Assembly: GCA_965228735.1 (NCBI GenBank)
Contig: OZ245838.1
Span: 4,416,001-4,480,000, forward strand
Direction: 5' to 3'
Origin: Planctomycetota bacterium
GTDB lineage: Bacteria; Planctomycetota; UBA1135; UBA2386
Length of the DNA stretch: 64,000 bases
Positions 58,460 to 64,000 of this stretch are shown piece after piece. Within the stretch, counting starts at the first letter, position 1. The number at the start of each line of letters is the position of its first letter. A model generated the notes under the pieces. That model ran no database searches and was not told where the DNA came from. It was given only the letters and a program-made list of their open reading frames with translations. The translations under genes and the position numbers were made by a program.

Positions 58460-59361
58460 CGCGGCCCCCACTCGAGCAGCTGCGCCTGGATGTGCGCCAC
58501 CGCGTCGACCGCGTGGTGCGAGGTGTCGGCCAGCAGCGCCGACGGCACGAACAGCAGCCGGTCTCGCTGCACGGCCGGCAGCAGCGCGAGCCCCGCTGAT
58601 TGGGTCAGCCACGCCGGCGCCTCGTTGACCGGCGTCGTCCGCACATCGGCCGCGCTCCCGAGCACGAGCACTGCGGGGCGCCACGCGAGCACGGCTTCGA
58701 GCGACAGCTTGCGGAACGGTCCGACCCCGTTCTCGGCCGCGAGATTGCGGGCGCCGGCCGCGCGCACGACGGCGTCGAACAGGGAGTCCTGGCCGTAGGT
58801 GTGGAACGCGCCGTCGAGACTCATGAGCGCGAAGCCGCCGAGATCCTGCCCGCGTTCTGCGAGTGCATCGAGGCGCGCTTCGGTCCGCGCGACGAGTGCC
58901 GTGGCCGCGCTCTCGAGATGGCACGCGTCGCCGATCAGCCGGATGTTGTCGAGGATGACTTCGAAGCTCGTGGGGTTGGCCGGGCGCAGCACCGGCACGC
59001 CGGCCAGCTCGAGAATCGCGACGGTCTCGGCACCCGTGAACGCATCGATGATCACGAGATCGGGGCGCGCCGACAGCAGCTGCTCGGGTTCGGCGCCGAC
59101 CGCGGGCACGGCCGTGAGCTCGGCTGCGACGAGCGAATAGCGCGTGTCCTTCGCGAGCGTGTGCACCGCCGCGATGCGCTCGCGCGGCGCGATCGCGAGC
59201 AACGTCTCCGCCGCGAGCACGGAGCCGGCGACGATGCGCACGGGCGGCGTGGCCGGCCGTTCGAATTCTGTAACCGCACGGTTACACGCGATCGCGAACA
59301 GCGGCAGTGCGAGCAGCAGCGATGCGAGCGTGCGGTCGGTCGAAGAACGGCGCCAGAACAC
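58456..59361 (-). CDS. BtuF/FecB-type ABC substrate-binding lipoprotein
   Basis: FAIAC lipobox, RIV..S..AETL, EQLLSARPDLV, SLEAVLAWRP. Start is uncertain. Confidence 0.88.
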   Translation of the reverse strand: MFWRRSSTDRTLASLLLALPLFAIACNRAVTEFERPATPPVRIVAGSVLAAETLLAIAPRERIAAVHTLAKDTRYSLVAAELTAVPAVGAEPEQLLSARPDLVIIDAFTGAETVAILELAGVPVLRPANPTSFEVILDNIRLIGDACHLESAATALVARTEARLDALAERGQDLGGFALMSLDGAFHTYGQDSLFDAVVRAAGARNLAAENGVGPFRKLSLEAVLAWRPAVLVLGSAADVRTTPVNEAPAWLTQSAGLALLPAVQRDRLLFVPSALLADTSHHAVDAVAHIQAQLLEWGPR

Positions 59362-59474
59362 CCGCGCATCATGGGCGGAGCACCGCGCCAGGGCCACGAC
59401 GAGGTCGCGCGCGCCAACGCTATACTGCGATCGTTCCCCCGGGCCGCGCACTTGAAAGCGTGGCCAACTCGACG

Positions 59475-60149
59475 ATGACCCAGCGTATCCCGGAACTGCA
59501 ATCGGGCGACTGCCTGACCCGCGACGAGTTCGAGCGGCGCTACGCCGCGATGCCGCACTTGAAGAAGGCCGAACTCATCGAAGGAGTCGTCTACGTGGGG
59601 TCTCCCGTTCGACATCGCCAGCACGGGCTGCCGCATTGGCTGCTCTCGTATTGGCTCGGCGTTTTCAGAGAACGCACCAAGGGTCTGGAGGTAAGCGACA
59701 ACGCCACCGTGCGCCTCGACCTCGACAACGAGCCACAGCCCGATCTCGTGCTCGGGCTTCCCCGCCATGCGGGCGGTGGGGTGGAGGTTACCGACGACGG
59801 TTACTTCGAAGGTGCCCCTGAACTCATCGTGGAGATCACAGCAAGCTCCGTTAGCTACGACCTGCACCAGAAGAAGCGTGCGTACCGCCGAAACGGCGTG
59901 CAGGAGTACCTCGTTCACCGGACCGAAGACGGCGAGGTCGACTGGTTCATACTGAAACGAGGCAAGTACGTGCGCCAGCAAGCGGACGTCGATGGTCTGC
60001 TGAAGAGCCGCGTGTTTCCGGGCCTCTGGCTCGACGTCGACGCCTTGCTCAACGACGACCAGGAGCGACTGCGGCTCGTCGTCGAACGCGGGTGCGCGAC
60101 GCCGGAGCACGCGCGGTTCCGGGCGCACCTGCGAGGGCGTTCCGAATGA
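59475..60149 (+). CDS. Uma2-family putative endonuclease
   Basis: GDCLTRDEFERRY, AELIEGVVY, EPQPD, PELIVEI..SS.SYD, GVQEY, SRVFPGLWLD. Confidence 0.93.
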   Translation: MTQRIPELQSGDCLTRDEFERRYAAMPHLKKAELIEGVVYVGSPVRHRQHGLPHWLLSYWLGVFRERTKGLEVSDNATVRLDLDNEPQPDLVLGLPRHAGGGVEVTDDGYFEGAPELIVEITASSVSYDLHQKKRAYRRNGVQEYLVHRTEDGEVDWFILKRGKYVRQQADVDGLLKSRVFPGLWLDVDALLNDDQERLRLVVERGCATPEHARFRAHLRGRSE

Positions 60150-60817
60150 TCTCGAGCCTTCCTTCCCTCGAGGCCGGCGACTGCCTGACCCGCGACGAGT
60201 TCGAGCGGCGCTACGACGCGATGCCGCACCTGAAGCGGGCCGAACTCATCGAGGGCGTGGTCTATCTACAGCTCCGTGTCCCGCACACCGGGCATGGCCG
60301 TCCGCACTTCGTGCTCGGAGGCTGGCTGTCGTCCTACGAACTCGAAACCCGCGGCCTCATCGCGAGCAACAGCGCCAGCGTCCGCCTCGACCTCGACAAC
60401 GAACCGCAGCCTGACCTCTTGCTCGGACTTCCCGAACAGCTCGGCGGCGCGTTGCGTATCGATGACGACGGCATCCTCGAAGGCCCGCCGGAACTGATCC
60501 TCGAGGTCACGACCAGCTCGGTCAGCTACGACCTGCATCAGAAGAAGCACGCCTACCGCCGGAATGGCGTGTGCAAATACGTCGTGCATCGTGTCGCCGA
60601 CCGCGAGGTCGATTGGTTCGTGCTCGATCGCGGAAACTACGTGCGGCAAGAACCGGACGTCGACGGACTGCTGAAGAGCCGGGTCTTTCCCGGGCTCTGG
60701 CTCGACGTCCACGCGCTGCTCACCGAGAAGCTGCCGGGCCTCCAGGCGGCGATCGCACGTGGTTGCCGCACGCCGGAGCACGCACAGTTCCGAGCCCGGC
60801 TCGCGGGGACTCCATGA
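60146..60817 (+). CDS. Uma2-family putative endonuclease, tandem paralog
   Basis: Same motifs as the upstream gene; ATGA overlap. Confidence 0.93.
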   Translation: MISSLPSLEAGDCLTRDEFERRYDAMPHLKRAELIEGVVYLQLRVPHTGHGRPHFVLGGWLSSYELETRGLIASNSASVRLDLDNEPQPDLLLGLPEQLGGALRIDDDGILEGPPELILEVTTSSVSYDLHQKKHAYRRNGVCKYVVHRVADREVDWFVLDRGNYVRQEPDVDGLLKSRVFPGLWLDVHALLTEKLPGLQAAIARGCRTPEHAQFRARLAGTP

Positions 60818-62019
60818 CATCCGCTCGCGCCCTCGTCGTGTTCGCGTTCCTCGCCGCGTGCATCGGCGCGCAGACCGAGCCCTCGACCACCGAACGCCCC
60901 CGCAGCAAGAAGGGGCTGCAGGTGCAGATGGTCAGCGACGCGATCGAACTCGGGATCGCACACGCGTGCCTCAACGTGCAGCTCGGACACCTCGTTCGCC
61001 GAGAGCGCGGGCGCGACGACGACATCGCGCTGCCTTCGGGCACGTTCGTGTCGGTCGACGCGCTGCGCTCGTTGGACCGGCAGGTCGCGCCGCTCACGCG
61101 CCACGGTGTCGAGCTCAACTTCATCCTGCTGGCTCGCGTCACGGGCGACGCGACGATCGATGCGCTGCAGCTCGACCCACGGTTCGACGACACGTGCCCG
61201 AACAAGCTCGGCGCGTTCCGCGTGCTCGACGCGCCGGGGCAGGAGCACTTCGGGGCCGTGATCGAAGTCCTCGCGCAGCGCTACGACAGCGCGAGCACGA
61301 TCGGCACGGTGCGCGGCTGGATCGTCGGCAACGAGGTCAACTCGCACTGGTACTGGCACAACCTCGGTGAGGCATCGGTCGACGACGTCGCCCGGGTCTA
61401 CGAGCCCGCGGTGCGGCTCGTGCACGAGATCAGTCGCCGCCACAACGACGACGCGCGCACCTACATCTCGCTCGAGCACCACTGGCACTCGCGGTACATG
61501 GGCGGCAACGCGCGGCGGTCCTGCGCGGGGCGCGCGCTGCTCGATCGCTTCGCGGCGTTGGCGAGAGAACGCGGCGACTTCCCCTGGCACGTCGCCTACC
61601 ACCCGTATCCCGAGGACCTGTTCGACTGCCGGTTCTGGGAGGACGAGACCGCGCTGCCGACGGCGGACACGCCGCGCATCACGTTCAAGAACCTCGAGGT
61701 GCTCACCGACTACCTCGCGCGCGCCGAGCTCACGTTCGATGGCCGGCCGCGCCGCGTGATCCTCAGCGAGCAGGGCTTCCACTGCAAAGCCGGCGAGCAG
61801 GGCGAACGCGACCAGGTCGAGGCGTTCCGGCGCGCGTGGGCCAAGGTGCAGGCGCTCGACGGCATCGACGCGTTCATCTACCACCGCCACGTCGATCACG
61901 CGATGGAGGGCGGCCTCCGGTTCGGGCTGTGGACGACCGCGAGGCGAACGCTCAGCTCGCCGGGCAGCAAGCGACCGCTGTGGGAGGTGTTTCGGACGAT
62001 CGACCGCGGCGAGAAGTAG
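60814..62019 (+). CDS. DUF5722-like secreted glycoside-hydrolase-fold (clan GH-A) protein
   Basis: Signal peptide; SKKGLQ, WIVGNEVN, AYHPYP, ITFKNLEVL, ILSEQGF, HRHVDH..EG..FGL. Confidence 0.8.
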   Translation: MTSARALVVFAFLAACIGAQTEPSTTERPRSKKGLQVQMVSDAIELGIAHACLNVQLGHLVRRERGRDDDIALPSGTFVSVDALRSLDRQVAPLTRHGVELNFILLARVTGDATIDALQLDPRFDDTCPNKLGAFRVLDAPGQEHFGAVIEVLAQRYDSASTIGTVRGWIVGNEVNSHWYWHNLGEASVDDVARVYEPAVRLVHEISRRHNDDARTYISLEHHWHSRYMGGNARRSCAGRALLDRFAALARERGDFPWHVAYHPYPEDLFDCRFWEDETALPTADTPRITFKNLEVLTDYLARAELTFDGRPRRVILSEQGFHCKAGEQGERDQVEAFRRAWAKVQALDGIDAFIYHRHVDHAMEGGLRFGLWTTARRTLSSPGSKRPLWEVFRTIDRGEK

Positions 62020-62033
62020 GCGGCAGCGATCGC

Positions 62034-63377
62034 TCAGCGACCGCGGCCGCCCTCACCCTCGTCGGGCAGGTCGAACGTCGCGGGCACGTCCTCGTTGCCC
62101 TGGACCTGCTCGGACCACGGCGCGTTCTGCAGCGCGAGCGGGCCGTACATGATGTCCTTGTCGTCCTCGGCGTCGTGCACCTTGAGCGTCACGAAGTCGC
62201 CGCCGAGCCGACTGCTGATGAGCATCTGCAGGTGCGGGCCGTTGAGCACCGGCACGCCGTCGACCTCGAGGATCACGTCGTTCTTGCCGATGCCGACCTT
62301 CTTCGCGACGCCGCCGTCGGGGGTGGCTTCGATCTTCGCGCCGGGGCCGAGCCACGCCGGCACGAACTGCACGCCGAGCCAGGCGCGCTGCAGCACCTCG
62401 CCCTCCTGCATGCGATCGAGCAGCGGCAGGATGTCGGCGATGGTCGTCGCGAAGCCGATGCCCGAGTCGTACCACTCGACGCCGGCGTTGCGGCCCGACG
62501 GCGACAGCGGCACGGCGATACCGAGCACGTTGCCCGCGACATCGATGACTGGGCCGCCGTAGTTGGCCGGTGACGTGTAGGCGTCGATCTGGATCGCGCG
62601 ACCGAACTGGCGACGCTTCGCGCTCACGATGCCGATGTGCACGGTCGGATCGTCCGCGGCGAACGTGCGCCCGAGCGCGAACGCCCACTGTCCGACCCTG
62701 ACGGTCGCGGGGTCGACGAACGTCGGCACGGGCAAACCCTCCGCCGCGATCTTGACGAGCGCGATGCCGCGGCTCGTGTCCTCACCCGCGCGCTCCGCGT
62801 GGAACGTGCCGTGGCCCGGCACGGTGACGAGGATCGTCGTCGGATCGAGATTGAGCGCGAAGCGCGAGATCAGGATCCAGCCGTCCGACGTGAGCACGAT
62901 GCCCGTCGTCCTGCCCTGCGTCTGCTGAAAGCCCGGCGCCTTGAGCAGCTTGGGCTTCTTCTTGTCCTTGTCCTCGCCCTTCTCGTCCTTCTTGTCGTCC
63001 TTCTCGCCCTCCGCGGGCTTCTGGTCGTCCGGCTTCGGATCATCGGGTTTCGGATCGGCCGGCTTCGGGTCGGCCGGCACGGGCTTCGGCCGCGGCTTGG
63101 GCGGCGCGACGCCATCCATCGGTCCGGCCTTGCCCATGTTGCGCCGCGTGCCGCCGAACGTCTCGACCGTCACGGTGAACGGCGCGGCCCGGTCGAGGGC
63201 GCGCTGCAGCACGGGCTCGAGTCGGATGAACTCTTCGGGGTCGGCGTGCTGCGCGTAGGCCACCGGCGCGGCGAACAGCGCCGCGACGCCGAGCGCCAGC
63301 CCGCGGTGTCCCAACCCGCGGTATCCCAGCCCGCGGTGTCCGAGAATGGGGCGCGAGAGCGCGTCGCTATGGTTCAT
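62034..63377 (-). CDS. HtrA/S1C-like trypsin-fold plus PDZ protein, catalytically degenerate
   Basis: TGIVLTSDGWIL, VGQWAFALG, GIVSA, IQIDA..SPANYGGP, PDZ; catalytic His, Asp and Ser not conserved. Confidence 0.88.
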   Translation of the reverse strand: MNHSDALSRPILGHRGLGYRGLGHRGLALGVAALFAAPVAYAQHADPEEFIRLEPVLQRALDRAAPFTVTVETFGGTRRNMGKAGPMDGVAPPKPRPKPVPADPKPADPKPDDPKPDDQKPAEGEKDDKKDEKGEDKDKKKPKLLKAPGFQQTQGRTTGIVLTSDGWILISRFALNLDPTTILVTVPGHGTFHAERAGEDTSRGIALVKIAAEGLPVPTFVDPATVRVGQWAFALGRTFAADDPTVHIGIVSAKRRQFGRAIQIDAYTSPANYGGPVIDVAGNVLGIAVPLSPSGRNAGVEWYDSGIGFATTIADILPLLDRMQEGEVLQRAWLGVQFVPAWLGPGAKIEATPDGGVAKKVGIGKNDVILEVDGVPVLNGPHLQMLISSRLGGDFVTLKVHDAEDDKDIMYGPLALQNAPWSEQVQGNEDVPATFDLPDEGEGGRGR

Positions 63378-64000
63378 CTCTGGCCCTCCGGTCGCGCGGC
63401 GAGCTCCATGTCGCCGGTCATGATCTTGGTGCCGCGCTTCCACGTGAGCTTGACCGTGTCGCCGGCCGAGAACTTCTCGAGCACGGTGCGGAACTCCTTG
63501 CAGCTGCGAATGGAGTAGTCGTCGATGCGCACGATCAGGTCGTCTGGCCGCAGCTTGAGCTTGAACGCCGGCGAACCGCGCCGCACGCGATCGACGTAGG
63601 CCGGCGGCGACCGGCGCCCGGCCTTGTCGAACAGGACGACGCCGACCCACGCGGGTTCACCGGTCTTCTCCTCGACCTTGCGCCGCTTGCCGAGGATGTG
63701 GTCCTCGAGGTAGGGCAGCAGGTCGCGCACGGGGATCGCCGCGGAGAGCATCGTGTTGGTCTCCTTGCTGTCGAGCAAGCGCATGTTGAGGCCGATCCAA
63801 CGCCCGTCGAGCGTGAACAGCCCGCCGCCGTAGTGGCCCGGGTTGTTGCACGCGTCGGTCAGGATCAGGTCGCCGTCGTACTTCACGTCGTGGACGCGGT
63901 AGCGCAACGCGGTGTTCGCGCGGCCGTTGATGACGCCGAACGTCGCACTGAGCTTCTCGGAGAACTCCGCGAGCCGGAAGCTGTTGCCGACCGACACGAC
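63374..64000 (-). CDS. HtrA/S1C-like plus PDZ protein, 5' truncated by window edge, degenerate
   Basis: VSVGNSF, TDACNNPGHYGG, GSPA..LRPDDLIVRID PDZ; frame open to the window end. Confidence 0.85.
   Translation of the reverse strand, partial: VVSVGNSFRLAEFSEKLSATFGVINGRANTALRYRVHDVKYDGDLILTDACNNPGHYGGGLFTLDGRWIGLNMRLLDSKETNTMLSAAIPVRDLLPYLEDHILGKRRKVEEKTGEPAWVGVVLFDKAGRRSPPAYVDRVRRGSPAFKLKLRPDDLIVRIDDYSIRSCKEFRTVLEKFSAGDTVKLTWKRGTKIMTGDMELAARPEGQR

Noticed and set aside
59362..59474. Cobalamin riboswitch upstream of the BtuCDF-like ABC operon
   Set aside because: The gap is only about 110 bp and I saw no B12-box motifs; the substrate is left unassigned.
59475..60817. Uma2 pair as a restriction-modification or toxin-antitoxin system
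   Set aside because: No methyltransferase or antitoxin gene is adjacent, and Uma2 paralogs are commonly expanded without such partners.

Overview
High-GC bacterial chromosomal window with about 53 densely packed CDSs and one tRNA-Arg(CCG). I saw no rRNA, CRISPR array, transposase, integrase or prophage. The gene repertoire (ECF sigma plus Ser/Thr kinase pair, HEAT/VWA proteins, carboxypeptidase-regulatory-like proteins, degenerate HtrA/PDZ cluster, many secreted proteins with a shared C-terminal domain) suggests Planctomycetota; this is an inference. Recognisable housekeeping genes include psd, an RlmD-like methyltransferase, S46 and M61 peptidases, rtcB, pdxR-pdxS-pdxT, lexA, a DnaQ-like exonuclease and a BtuCDF/FecBCDE-type ABC transporter. 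The most notable signals are: (1) a lexA locus with GTTC-N7-GTTC-type arrays overlapping a sigma70-like promoter that drives an unannotated small membrane protein ahead of lexA; (2) a near-consensus sigma54 promoter driving an unknown 141-aa protein, followed by a periodic G/C-run tract and a GAFTGA-less pseudo-activator, all downstream of an rpoE-rseA-rseB-like operon with its own sigmaE-type promoter; (3) a shared C-terminal putative sorting domain on seven unrelated secreted proteins, including a pentaheme cytochrome; (4) tandemly reiterated in-frame stop codons and frequent 14-15 bp tandem duplications. All family calls come from motif recognition by eye; no searches were run.
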